Shown here in pieces: positions 50,230 to 62,450 of a DNA stretch of 64,000 nucleotides. Numbering within the stretch: position 1 is the first letter of the stretch; each line of letters begins with the position of its first letter. Source of the stretch: Cirrosporium novae-zelandiae (taxonomy: Eukaryota). The notes beneath the pieces were generated by a model, which was not told the origin of the DNA, made no database searches, and saw only the letters and a list, made by a program, of their open reading frames with translations. Made by a program: the position numbers and the translations under genes. Location of the stretch: the NCBI GenBank assembly GCA_026023565.1, contig JAPETS010000035.1, positions 248,001-312,000 of the forward strand. Reading direction: 5' to 3'.

Positions 50230-51600
50230 CTATTCGATTACCGTAACGGGATTGGAGACATGATCTTCCTGTAGCTTAGACCAACGACTTACATGGACAC
50301 GGCCCTCCTTAATAACGCCTAGTAGATGAGCATCCGGATTATCTAAAACAAGAATATCCTCCAAGGGATTCTTGTTCAGGATCAAAAGATCCGCAGAAAA
50401 GCCAGATTTTATCTGTCCAAGGAACTCGCTCTGCCTTAGCATTCGGGCAGGGTTGATCGTAGCGCACTGTAAGATCGTCGTGGGATCGAGGACTTGCGCT
50501 CTCAGTGCAAATTCATGGGTTTGAGCGATTCCTAACGGCCCCAACAGATCGCTTCCGTAGCACATTGTTACACCGGCCTTGTGTGCAATTCCCAGGGCGT
50601 TGAACCCCGCGCGGAGGACTTGGTTGTTCTTGACTACTGATTCTAGGGGAAGAAATCCAGGGAAGTCTAGGGATGCCATTGCTGAATATGCTATCAGCGT
50701 AGGCGTGAGGTAGATGCCATTTTTAGCCATGTATCGAGCGCACTCTGGAGTGATCATGTTCCCGTGCTCGATACCCTTGACACCATTCTCGATGTGAAAT
50801 TGGATTGCTTTAGTTGTGTAGGCATGAGCAGTAACAAACGTGCCACTATTTTCGGCGACTGTCGTTATTGCTCGGACCTCCTCCGCAGTAAACTGAATAT
50901 TTTCAAGCCGATCTGTTGGACTTGCCACGCCGCCACCTCCCATAATCTTGATGAAATCTGCGCCCGTCCTCAATTCTTCACGGGCTGCCTTGATGCACTC
51001 GGGAACCCCGTCACAAAGCCGTCCAAGTCCTGTTACGGCTCCTCCACAACAGTCAGTGTGATCGTAGGGACCACGAAGATCCGCATGGCCTCCGGTTTGC
51101 GTAAGACCATGACCAGCAATAAATAGTCGTGGCCCTTGTATAACACCTTCATTAATCGCTTCTTTCAAGGCAAGGGATGCTCCCCCACAATCTCTTACAC
51201 TCGTAAAACCCCGGCGAAGAATTTGTTGGCAAACGAAGGGCTGTCGCATCATAGAAACCTCAGGGCTGAGGCCAAAAACTCCACCAAGATCGTTTTCTCC
51301 AGGGACTGCGGTGACATGGACATGAGCATCAATCAAGCCAGGACATAGATATTTCCCTTCAAGGTCTATTGTGATAGCGCCATCATTTGTAGTTATAATG
51401 GCCATTTCTGTATCTGTAACACTTTTCACTAGCCCTGCTGATATTTTGACAGCGACATTCTGTCGGATAGAACCATTGACGGGGTCAACGATATTGGCAT
51501 GGTAAAAGATATATGTTTTCTGCGCCCGCGGTTTCCAAGGTTTGATTAAATGTTCAAAGGTCATGTTGGTCATGTTAATCAAGGATAGGCGCTTTGTCAT
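50230..51600 (-). CDS. Binuclear amidohydrolase, Xaa-Pro dipeptidase/ochratoxinase-like subgroup, intronless
   Basis: PGLIDAHVH, GFTSVRDCGG, TGGHAD, FIKIMGGGGV (carbamylated Lys position), AHAY, IEHG, GSD, ATINPA, ADLLIL. Confidence 0.88.
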   Translation of the reverse strand: MTKRLSLINMTNMTFEHLIKPWKPRAQKTYIFYHANIVDPVNGSIRQNVAVKISAGLVKSVTDTEMAIITTNDGAITIDLEGKYLCPGLIDAHVHVTAVPGENDLGGVFGLSPEVSMMRQPFVCQQILRRGFTSVRDCGGASLALKEAINEGVIQGPRLFIAGHGLTQTGGHADLRGPYDHTDCCGGAVTGLGRLCDGVPECIKAAREELRTGADFIKIMGGGGVASPTDRLENIQFTAEEVRAITTVAENSGTFVTAHAYTTKAIQFHIENGVKGIEHGNMITPECARYMAKNGIYLTPTLIAYSAMASLDFPGFLPLESVVKNNQVLRAGFNALGIAHKAGVTMCYGSDLLGPLGIAQTHEFALRAQVLDPTTILQCATINPARMLRQSEFLGQIKSGFSADLLILNKNPLEDILVLDNPDAHLLGVIKEGRVHVSRWSKLQEDHVSNPVTVIE

Positions 51601-52793
51601 AATCTAAGCTATAATCAGCCTTTAAGAATATAAACAGAGAGTTTGGGGCATCCTACAAAATCCCCTGGTTTATCAATGAATATGCTGCTCCATGATTAGG
51701 TCTCTGGATTGGTTGTAGATATTGCCCTCCCCCATCGTAGGTGGGGGATGACCATCAATTGCTATGACGACGAAGGGATTGAAGGGGTGTTGGGCACAAG
51801 TATCCCTTCCGTTTCTCCTCAACAATTCGCTTATCTATGTGACTCCCGTTACCCGACCTGAACCACATGAAGTATTATCTATTGTTTTATATTTGCCATT
51901 TTTTTTGCCGAATGGATATCAGCGGATGGGGCATAATATCTCTACAATCGACGTCCAATGACAGTTCGGAATAGACCCTGATAGCACTCATTAGCTTGCA
52001 TATTCCAAGGAAACAGCATGGATATGAGCCATAGAGTTTCCATATATCCACAGAATATCGGGTTCTCCTCTTTCTTGCCTATGATACAGATCAAAAATAT
52101 GTCTATCTTCCTTTAACTCCTGGTTGAGAATGCGGCGGGCAGTGAAGAATGATCTATAACAAGGCATTTTTGTTGCTGAGTAGTTGAGTAGGTAGATAGG
52201 CGTCTGTGCGTAGTTTGGTTACTATTTGGAAGCTTTTATGAAGATTTTTCTTTTTTTTTTCTCGGTGGTGATGGGTATGGGTCCGGAACTAGAGTGTTTG
52301 AGGAGATAGATTACAGTCCCAGGGGGTAGAGGAGAAGATATGAAAGGGAGTTAAATAAATTGAATTATACAAAAGAAATCTCAAAGGCTTATTGACTCAT
52401 TGGTATAATACAAACATTTTGATTGCCGGTAAGAAAAAGTTATATACTAGTTGCAACCTTCATAATTACAAACCAAAGCATCCCATTGCTCCACCCACCC
52501 CATAAACTATCCCGTTGTATCTCCACCACGATGGTTCCCGGAATTGTGTATCGACGTAGAGCATTCTTCCATTGCCATACTTTTCGCTTGGATCCCTTCC
52601 TTTGGACTGAAAACACCGTTCCCATGCTCTAATCACAAAGCTCGCTACCATGCTTCGTTGGACCTCATGACGAAAGTATTACTGAAATATTTTACAGAGG
52701 GAAAGAGATTCCGAGTGTTTGCTATTGTGAATCGAATGCATCAAGCATTATGGCTGCTGCTTGTTGATAGTAATGCGCCGTGTAAGCATCAAA

Positions 52794-55700
52794 TTACCTC
52801 CTCTCATCATACTCATACCTCCCCGGCGGAGGAGGATATCCATGATATCCGGTCGGTGGCGTATAAGTCCTTCTGGTTTGCTCCTGCCTCATCAAATCCT
52901 GCCTTATTTGTTCATTCCGGATAGCTTCTTGTCTATCTCTGTCCCTTTGTATTTCTTGCCGATATCTATCATCCGGTCTCATTGGCTCCTCTCGTTGGAA
53001 TGGATAAGAAATATGTTGTTGCCGAAGGGCATCTTGGCGGATCACATCATGCCGAATTGGTTCTGGTCTGAGACGCTCTTGCCTGAGTTGACCCTGCCTA
53101 AGTTGGTTCTGTTCGTGCCGAATCTGCTCCTGCCTAAGTTGATCCTGCCTAAACTGGTTTTGCTCCTGCCGAATCTGCTCTTGCCGAAGCTGATCCTGAT
53201 GAAGCTGGTCCTGTCGAAGCTGGTCCTGTCGAAGCTGGTCCTGGCGAAGCTGGTCCTGTCGAAGCTGATCTTGCCGGAGCTGATCTTGCCGGAGCTGATC
53301 TTGTCGGAGTTGATCTTGTCGAAGCTGATCTTGTCGAAGCTGATCCGGCCGAATCTGGCCCTGTCGAAGATGATCACGCACTGGATCTGGACGTATGTGG
53401 TCTGTCCGTAGTGGATCGGAGCGGTATTGGTCCTGGAGTTGGCCATATGAAGGTATGCTTTGACGCATGCTTGACGGGGGAGGTTGAGGCTGCGACATGT
53501 ATGCAGAACGGCTAAGAGTTGACTGTGGTGGTGGTGCGGGCGGCATTCCATAAGGTTCTCTTGTGATTGGATTCAAAAGAGATGGCGTTTGAGGGGCCGT
53601 CGGAGTCATGGGTCGTTGTTGCTGCATTGGAGGTGGCTGTCGTATTGGTTGGCCATATGAAGACGTTCTAGAGTGACTATAATGTGACTGTGGGGCCGGT
53701 GAGGTGGCTCGAGGTGTCGGTTGCAATGGTTGGAATGGTTGTCTTGGCTGTGGTGCAAAAGCTGGCTTAAGCTGAGGAGATGAGGTTGTTACATTCTGCT
53801 GATACGCAAGACGAGGCTCATTCCACTGTCGGCTTGGGTTGACCGGCCATCCACCAACTTCAGATAGCGGGCGGCCTGACGATGTAGGAGGAGCTTGAGT
53901 TTGTTGGATAGGTGTAGTGTAAGGAGACCTCGGTTGATGTGGGACGTTCGACACCAACTCTTCGCGACGTGGAATACTCTGAGCTTGTAGGGGAGGGGCA
54001 GGCGATGGTTGTGTTATCCGAGACGGTAGAGCAGGAGATGGCGCACTGAATTTCGGCCTGGGCGAAGATTCTTTAGGAGCATCATCTGTCAATATGGAAA
54101 AAATGTTGGAACGTTTTGGAGGGGCCGCTGGACGAGGAGCAGGAGGAGGTGCTGTTGACACTGGAGGAATAGTAGGCATGCTTGGCCGGGGATCTTCTTG
54201 ATGTGTTTCTACCGTTGGTGAATGAACCACTGAAGGCGCAGGAGATTGACCTTGAGAAAATGCATATGCCTTCGGAGTAGGTCGTGGTGGCTGTTGAGAC
54301 TCTGGGCGGATAGTAGGATGAACCCTCATTTCCGCTGAAGGTGGCTCTGTGATAGAGGGCCTAGGTTGAAGAACAACAGGGGGAGTAATTTGACCAGGGG
54401 ATGGTTGATTGAAATGCGCTCTTTGCTGGACAACTTGCGGCGGTATTTGTGAATAATATGGGGTAGGCTGCTGTGGATTTGATTGATGATGATGGTGATG
54501 ATGTTGCTGATGTTGTTGCTGTTGCGGAGGTTGTTGCTGCTGCGGAGGTTGTTGCTGTTGCGGAGGTTGTTGCTGTTGCGGAGGTTGCTGTTGTGGAGGT
54601 TGCTGTTGTGGAGGTTGCTGCTGGTGCTGCTGCGGAGGTTGCTGCTGCTCTGCTAGGTGCATATCTGCTGCATGCGTATGTAGATGTGGGCTTTGCGGAT
54701 GCTGGGGATGCTGTTGTAGCTGTGGATTCTTTGGGTTCTGTAAAGGTAGCTGGGTATTTCGTGTACACTGTGGGTGCCCTGGAACCTGTTGATGCTGTGG
54801 ATGCTGCGGCTGTGGTTGATGTGGGGATTGATGCTGAAGATGATTTTGAGGTTGAGCCTGAACTTGAGCCTGAACCTGAACCTGGGCCTGAGCTTGAGGC
54901 GGTGGTTGAGACTGTTGAGGTTTTACCTCCTGCGGCTGGAGTTGCGTTAACAGGTGCTGTGGTTGTCTAGGAGTCTGTTCCTTTGGAGCGAGTTCAGGTG
55001 GCTGCGGTTGACGTGGTCCTTCCGATAGAGGTGCCCCGGAAGGAACCGGTTTGATAGTCTGAACAGGTCGAACTTGCTGGAGAGGGCGAGAATCTCTGTG
55101 GGCATCTTGAGGGAAGAAGCCCAATTTAGGACCAGAAAGGGTACGCTGGGATTGAATTTCAACTTGCTGGGGCAAAGGAGGTTGTTGAGATTTCGGCTGG
55201 GATGCTGGTTGTTCAGATCTAGTGCTGGCTTGGGCGATAGGAGGAAATCGATGGGCCATTTGGTTAGGTGTTGACGGAACCTGAGAAGGTTGGGAAATGG
55301 GTGTCCGAGGTGTAGCTTCATCGAACGTTAGAGGCTCTACACTTGGCGCAAGTGGTCGATGTACATTCGATTGAGGTGTTGTTTCATATCGACGCTTGAC
55401 AGTAACCGTTGGCGCAGGCGGAGGACCCAGTTGCTCTCCCCGCTGTTTTCGAGCTTCAGCCTCTCTAACAATATCATCTAGAGTGCTTGGATCAAAGGTC
55501 TTAATGAGCCGGTCCTCTTTGCCCTCTTTGAGTCGATTAAAGTAATTTTTGACCTGGCATGAGCCGTTAGCAACATATAATCCAACTTTTAGTAACATAC
55601 CATTGTCTGAGTTTTAGATGGCATATGATTGGCAATGCTGATAAAATCCTTGCCAAAATGACGTAGAAGGTTCAAGAAATCATGCTGCTCTGATACAGAC

Positions 55701-58700
55701 CAATAACTAGAAGGCTGTGCAGATTTAGATGCTTCATCTGGTGGCTTATACGTATCCCTTTGTGGGGTTGACACCTGTGCTACCCATTCTTCAGCAAAGG
55801 CTGAAGGTTTCTCGGGGCTAGGCATAGCTGCTCCAGCTTGAAAGGCAGCTAAGATATTAGCGCCCTCCAGATCTTTTGCCTTTTGATCTTCTTCAAATTT
55901 TGGCTCCTTGCTTTTATCTCTTTGTACATCACGCTCAGGCTTTTGCGTGGATGGTGTGGGGGCGGCAGCAAGAGTATGCTGGGTTTTGTTTCTTGTAGTT
56001 CCTTTTCCGCGACCAGCACCGCCTCTTCCACGCCTCGGGCCGGTCCGTTCATTCCGCTCACTTCGTTCACCCGTAGGTTCACCATTATCGTTCCTAGACG
56101 AAGTCGCTGGCTTTTTACTGGTCACTTGACCGTTCGAGTTACCTTCCGACTCCGCTTGTGTCTCGCCAAAGGTAGGTGCAGCAGCACGTCGAGGTCGCCC
56201 GGAGTCTGTAACCCTGGACTCTGTTTCTCTTCCATCTCCAAGGTCTGGTTTGACAATACCAAGATCCGCCATAAGAGCACTGGACTTCGGCTTGCCTCTT
56301 CTTCTTCGTCCCTTTCCTCTCCCTCTATGAAGCAGATTTTTATACTTGGCTGTTAACTTGGTGAGATAGTAGTGTTGTATACAATCTTGAAAAGTCCGAC
56401 CTGGTATTCCCTCTGCAATCTTACCCCATTTCTTTGGGTAACTAGCAAAGTTATCCTCAAATAGTTTCTGCTCCTCTGTAGAGAAATCATCTGGGGCGGG
56501 AATAAAAGCAAATACTGACAAGGCATCTTTGTGATCAATCCGGTTATTGATATCCTTGAAGAACCGCGATTTCATTTCGAACTCGTCCAGCATATCAGGA
56601 ATGTTCGCTTCTTTATCAGGGTCGGCCTGGGACGATTCTTCTAATTTCCTTTTATCTGCTTCCAGTTTGGCCGTTAATTCTGACTCTTTTAATATCTTCT
56701 GGTAATCAAGTTCGGTGCTAAACTTACCTGCTCTCCGTCCCTCATGATGAGGCGCAGGGGCGGCGGCAGGTGAGATAGCCCGAACCGGTGACAACACTGG
56801 CGAAGATGACTTTCCATCACGATGCTTAGCTTCCCATTCCAACTCTTCAACCTCGAGTCTCCACGGTTTATATAGATTCCGATATTCGTCTCTCAGCTCG
56901 TTGTTTGTTTGCGTAATTGTCTGCCGCTGGTGTGAAAGTTCCTCAATAATAGCACCTTTGATATTTTCATGTTCGTCGAAAACTTCCTGTACAGCGTACG
57001 TCTCGGATATCGGTGTCGGTGGGCCAGACTTGAGGAAAGGAAGACTATTAACCGGAGGGGTTGGGATTACGCCCCTATGTGTTTCTTGTACATCATCTCT
57101 AGGCCTAAACTGTACACCTTCGTCGGCTTCTTCAACTTTAGGGGATGGAAGGCCTAGTGATGGCACGGGAAGTGCATCATGAGTTTCAATCGACGGTCGA
57201 GCTTCTACCGCAGTCATTTCCTCGTCTGCTATTGTCATTTGCTCTTCTAGTCTCTCTTCCTGTTCTTGTTCTTCTGGTTCTGCTTCTACTTCGTGAATGC
57301 ACAATTCTATAGCATGCAATTCTTGGAGGAGAGAAAGAACAGGGGTGAACATTCCACCCTTCCGTGAAATGTAAAAGCGCATCTCTTTAGCAAACTTTTC
57401 CTCGCTTTCTCTAAAGTCTTCTTCGTTAAGATAGAGCTCATCTTCGTCCTCCTCCATTTCCTCGTGGTCAGCTCCTTCTGCCGAGTCTGTGGCAGGTTCT
57501 TCCACGGCGGGTGGGGCTTCATGACAAGTCTTTGTTGGGGTACTCAAATCTTTTGAAACGCTCGGGTTTTGACTGGGATCGGAAGGCTGAGGGGGTGCAT
57601 AATTGCCTTGATTTATCGGCTGGGGAGTAGGGTGACCTTCCGTATTCTCCATTCCATCAATTATGGAAGTGCCAGTTACCAGGGGTTTCTCGTCTCCCCG
57701 GGCATTTCCCTGAGCAGACCTTCCTGAATTGTCGAGATGTGCGATCTCTGTCGAGGGATGGATTCCGGATTGGTCTTTGTACGTCGACGGCTCCCTGTCT
57801 GCTCCTGGATATTCACGCTTGGCAGGGATGACACTACGAACCTGATGTTGTGTTACTCCGGGTCTGATCCATTGTAAGTTTGGATGCCTTCCTGGGTGTC
57901 GTAATCGGGGTCCGGTTGGAATACCAACAGGAGAAACTTGCGCAGTTCCAGTCGACGCATGAGATTTGGGAGGAAGAGTAGGGTTTGGGGCCACATGCGA
58001 TAATGCATTAATGGAAAGGCCGGAAGAGCTTTGAGGAGAGGATTGGAGGTCTGATTTTAAGCCTACCATGGGACCCGAGGGAGGATTGGCCCGGGGTCCA
58101 AGATCCGGATTGACGTGAGCCTCCGATGAATGACTTGAAGCGTGGGGCATCCATGGATTAGACTCCGGGCCTAATTTAGCTGAGTATAGAGGGACCGGTT
58201 GTCCTTTTGGCTTTACAGGTAGAGCATCTTTTCTAAATTCATCTGGCTTGAGTGTTTCCATATAGGATCCAAACAGGTTATTAGGCCTCTCAGGACGTTG
58301 GACCTTGGAAGCAAGAGCAGGATGAATAGAAGTTTGTTGTGCCTTCGGTCCCGTTGGAGGAGGTCTTGGCATTTGATCAAACGCTGCATGGGTTGGAGGT
58401 TGCTGGCGTGAAGGTTCGCTTGGGATTACCTCCGGTTTTGGTTCAGACTTTGAGGGTTGAGGCTCCGATATAGGAACAGGACGTGATGTAAGAGACCCAA
58501 AGGCAGGAACCTGTGGTGCTGACGGGGGAGGAGACAAAGCCCGATCAACTTTTGATATATCAATTCGGCTGCCAGAATACTCTGGACGGTCGGCATGCCA
58601 GCCATCCTTGCTGGCTGCTGAAATTATTGACTGTTTTCTGCTTGAAATGGGCTCATACGGAGCCTCTTTTGATATGCTCTTCTCCAGACCTGAAGGATAT

Positions 58701-59410
58701 GACGACGGCAAAGGTTGCGAGCCTGAAAGATCGCCCGCGACACTGCTAGTATTTCTAGGTTCGGTTCGACTCCCAAGACGGTCACGTTTCCAGCGCTCTA
58801 CATCTCGCTCGCGATCTTCCCTATCTCTTTCCAGCCTCCTCTCATCATCGCGACGGTCAAAACGTCTATCATCCCTCCTGTCTGGCTCCCGGTCTCGATC
58901 TCGATCATCTCTAGGAGAGCGCTCTCGGTCCCATCGCCGAGGGGCAGACCGACTACGAGGACGGAATGAGTCTCTTTCGTCGGAAAATGGAGGCCGGTCT
59001 CGTCCCCAGTCGACCCTTCCACGACCTCTTCCATGAAAATCCCTTGCATCTACATGGTCTCTAAGTATGGGAGATCGTGGAGATCGTGATCGACGGCGAG
59101 GAAAGTGTGGTGGTCGTATATCTCTGGGGTCATAGTCCCGATCTCTGCGAGGCCAGTCTCGATCTCGATCCCTATGGAAGTCTCCACGACCACCAAAGCC
59201 TCTACCTCTTGATGCACCAGATATAAACCCACGTGGCCCTTCGGTTAAGGCTCTCGGTGCTCTCGGTGGTTCTCGGGGTCCATTGTCTTCAGGTCTTCCG
59301 GACAAATTACCGTAATGCGAGGTTCGTCGGTCGGTAGAATAACGAGGCGGAGGAGGAGTCCGATCTCCTCTTGGATAGCGATCTGATGTTGAGGGATGGC
59401 GGGCAGACAT
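52794..59410 (-). CDS. Large two-SANT/Myb domain protein, Snt1/N-CoR-like (Set3C HDAC complex), 2 exons
   Basis: SANT1 FSTEEQKLFEDNFASYPKKWGKIA...CIQHYYLTK; SANT2 SSYWSVSEQHDF..LLRHFGKDF..IANHMPSKTQTM|VKNYF split by intron ~55555-55600; RD-rich N-terminus and Q/P-rich C-terminus. Confidence 0.88.
53190..53350 (-). repeat. 15-nt coding tandem repeat encoding (RQDQL)n in the Snt1-like protein
   Basis: About 9 perfect RQDQL units plus degenerate flanking units. Confidence 0.9.
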
Positions 59411-61194
59411 GAACCATAATCCAATTATGTTGATTTAATGGCTATCTGAGGTTCTTTCCACCCTTCAGAGTGTGCGACTCTGGCGATTCAGGGCAGTAAT
59501 TAAGGTTTGATTTCAACTTGACCCGATTCGGCTAAGCGGATTTAGGGGCGCTGTTGCCCAATCAAAAGTCTTTGAAGATTCGTCCTATTTGGGGTTTAGC
59601 GTGGGGTCGATTTCATTGTGGCTTAGCCTTTAACGAACAGGATGATTTTTGGTTATCCAAAGTTGAACAATTTTGATGATTTGACCTTTTCCTCACAAGA
59701 CGTCGTGTTCGTTTCGGATATTTTGTTGATTAAATGATGACAGTTCACCCTTAAGATTCGCTTCGTTTTCAACTTCTCGTCTTGATCGTTTCAAAGGTCG
59801 AGTGCTGCAAGGATCCTAAGCCGACCGCTCTTGTCGAAGCAACAGGGGATGTACAATCTTTTGAACCTTGGAGACGACCTTTCAGTGGAAGTACTGGGAG
59901 AATGAGGGGACTTTGAGACTATATATACAAGACCTTGTGGTTATTATCTATTCCCTCTTCGTGATGAATTGTGGCGGAACAATGGTGTCAACAAGTCGTG
60001 AAGATGGTCCTTGGATGCCCATAAGTTCAATAGTAAGCTAGAGGAGTCAGATTGGCTGATAAATAGTGGTGGAAGCCTGATATGTGTAATGGATGTTTGG
60101 GGGGTGAAGGATGGGCAAAAGGTCGAGATGGAAAGTTGTTGAAGAAAGTTAAGTCAAAGCTCGTCGGGTACCAGAGAAACGAATGTAATGGAGAATTGGA
60201 CTGCGATGCGCTGTGCCGAGGGAATGGGTGAGGAAGAAGGAAATGAAAATTGGAGTTGAAGGAAAGAGGAATGGAAGGAATGCACCAACCAAGCAAAGCA
60301 GGGCCTTTGACCGGATTGGACTTTTGCTGTGATCCTGTGGCTGTATCCGAGAAGTTGTAGGTTTGACTTGGGTCTTGGAGTGCAGTACGAAATGCTAATC
60401 TGTTAGAGGCATTGAGACGATGCAGATTGTCGCAACAAGTTCAAGGACACATGCAGGCCACGGCTGGCCGCCATGCACAAGACAGCGTAAGACAAAGATT
60501 CCATTGGTTGGACATTTCAAGATCGGCTGTCATACCGGCTAAGGAAGAAGTCTAAGGCTGAAAAGACAAAGTATCCGGGTAGGAATTGGCTGCATAAGGA
60601 CCATCCATGAATTCCATGATGTGAGATAAGCTGGTTTAGCTGGGTATTAGTTACCTAGGGAAGGAATAGCATGGAATAGTTAGTTGGAGGCACTATGTCC
60701 GACTCACACCATTGTTTCTGCTTACCGCTCCGTCAAAACCATGGTTTATTAAAAAACTACACTATTAGTGCCAAGTAACTAAAGTAAGGAAAGTCAGGCC
60801 CAAAAAGTCTCCGCAGTATCCTTGGAATTGGACCATCCATTGGAGTGGAGAGAGATTTGAGACACAAACCCCTTTGTCAACCAATCATTAATTCAACATG
60901 TTGGATGCCTTGAAATTCTGCATTCGGGGGAACCTCTGCCTCGGTGCCTTGATGCCTGAGCCTATCGGCTTATCGTAAATCCCCCTCCCTAGAAAAAATA
61001 TGGCGTCCATAATTGAACTGTGGGATGATTTATCACACACATTTGAAAATTTCATCTTAGCAATAAATATTATCCCATCACCCAGGATTTAAATATTCAT
61101 CCTCGTACAAAAATTTTCTTCTTGTTGCATTGTCCTTGATAAAAAAAAGGTACTGACCACTTACGAATAATCTGACCACTATACCCCACCACGT

Positions 61195-62450
61195 ATGATC
61201 ATGACCTCTTCTGAGTCTCAGCAGAAGCCTGCTGCGCCGGCAACCAATGGCAAGAGTAGTGACTTGGCTGTCAATGCTCCCAACAGAGCTACCGATGCTG
61301 TTCTTGTCAAGTCGGAACCTATGCCGGCGGACACTCCGGTGGTAAAAGGTGTGGATTTCAATAAATATGCTGGGAGGAACATCACAGCAGCAGAGTTGGT
61401 TGAGGGAATGGCGACAATGGGCTTTCAGGCTACATCTGTTGGTGAAGCTGCTCGGATAATAAACAATATGGTTCGCACCTAAAGGGAAAATAAGCCTTTG
61501 ATTTTTTGATATACTGATGAAAGATTTATAGCGGGCCTGGAGAGACCCTGAAACAGGGGATAAAACGACCATTTTCCTTGGATATACTTCAAATCTGATT
61601 TCGTCTGGTCTTCGAGAAACCCTTCGCTATCTCGTCGAGCATAAATGCATCTCCGCCGTTGTCACCACCGCTGGTGGAATCGAGGAGGATTTAATTAAAT
61701 GTCTTGGAAACACATACCTTGGCAAATTCTCCACGCCAGGAGCGAGTTTGAGAGAAAAAGGTCTCAACCGAATTGGCAATCTAGTGGTCCCCAACAACAA
61801 TTACTGTTCATTTGAGGACTGGTTGATTCCAATTCTAGATAAAATGCTAGAAGAGCAAGAGGCGACCAAGAACTCCGAAAACCCAGTGCATTGGTCACCA
61901 AGTAGGGTGATCAACCGCCTCGGCAAGGAAATTAACAATGAATCCTCAGTCTGCTACTGGGCATGGAAGAATGACATTCCTATTTTCTGTCCTGCCCTCA
62001 CTGACGGAAGCTTGGGAGATATGCTTTACTTCCATAGCTACAAGGCATCCCCGCTACAATTATATGTAGACATTGTGCAAGACATCAAGAAGATCAACGA
62101 CATGTCTGTCAAGGCCAAACATGCCGGAATGATCATTCTAGGTGGCGGCGTGATCAAGCATCATATTGCAAACGCCTGCCTCATGCGCAACGGTGCAGAC
62201 CATGCTGTATACGTCAATACGGCCAACGAATTTGACGGTAGTGATGCAGGTGCCAGACCAGATGAAGCAGTCAGCTGGGGCAAAATCACTATTGATGGAG
62301 AAAGCGTTAAAGTTAGTTTATCTCCCTATCAAAAAAATATTGCCTAAATCCCTTAACCTAACCCACTCACACACAATATAGGTCTACGGAGAAGCGACTG
62401 TAATCTTCCCAATGCTAGTCGCGGCCACATTTGCCAAAATAGACAAATAG
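61195..62450 (+). CDS. DYS1: Deoxyhypusine synthase, 3 exons
   Basis: [71 protein letters not shown]; final exon [19 protein letters not shown]; stop ends at 62450. Alternative start at 61201. Confidence 0.95.

Noticed and set aside
52761..53411. 216-aa Leu-rich plus-strand ORF (LILSK/LVLSK repeats)
   Set aside because: It is the antisense reading of the RQDQL repeat, which lacks stops on that strand; not an LRR gene.
60999..61092. 30-codon ORF upstream of deoxyhypusine synthase as a polyamine-sensing uORF
   Set aside because: No PPW/PS-stop type stalling motif, and it may lie upstream of the transcription start.
52794..62450. Functional link between deoxyhypusine synthase and the neighbouring polyproline-rich Snt1-like gene
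   Set aside because: Adjacency of housekeeping genes; nothing in the sequence supports co-regulation.
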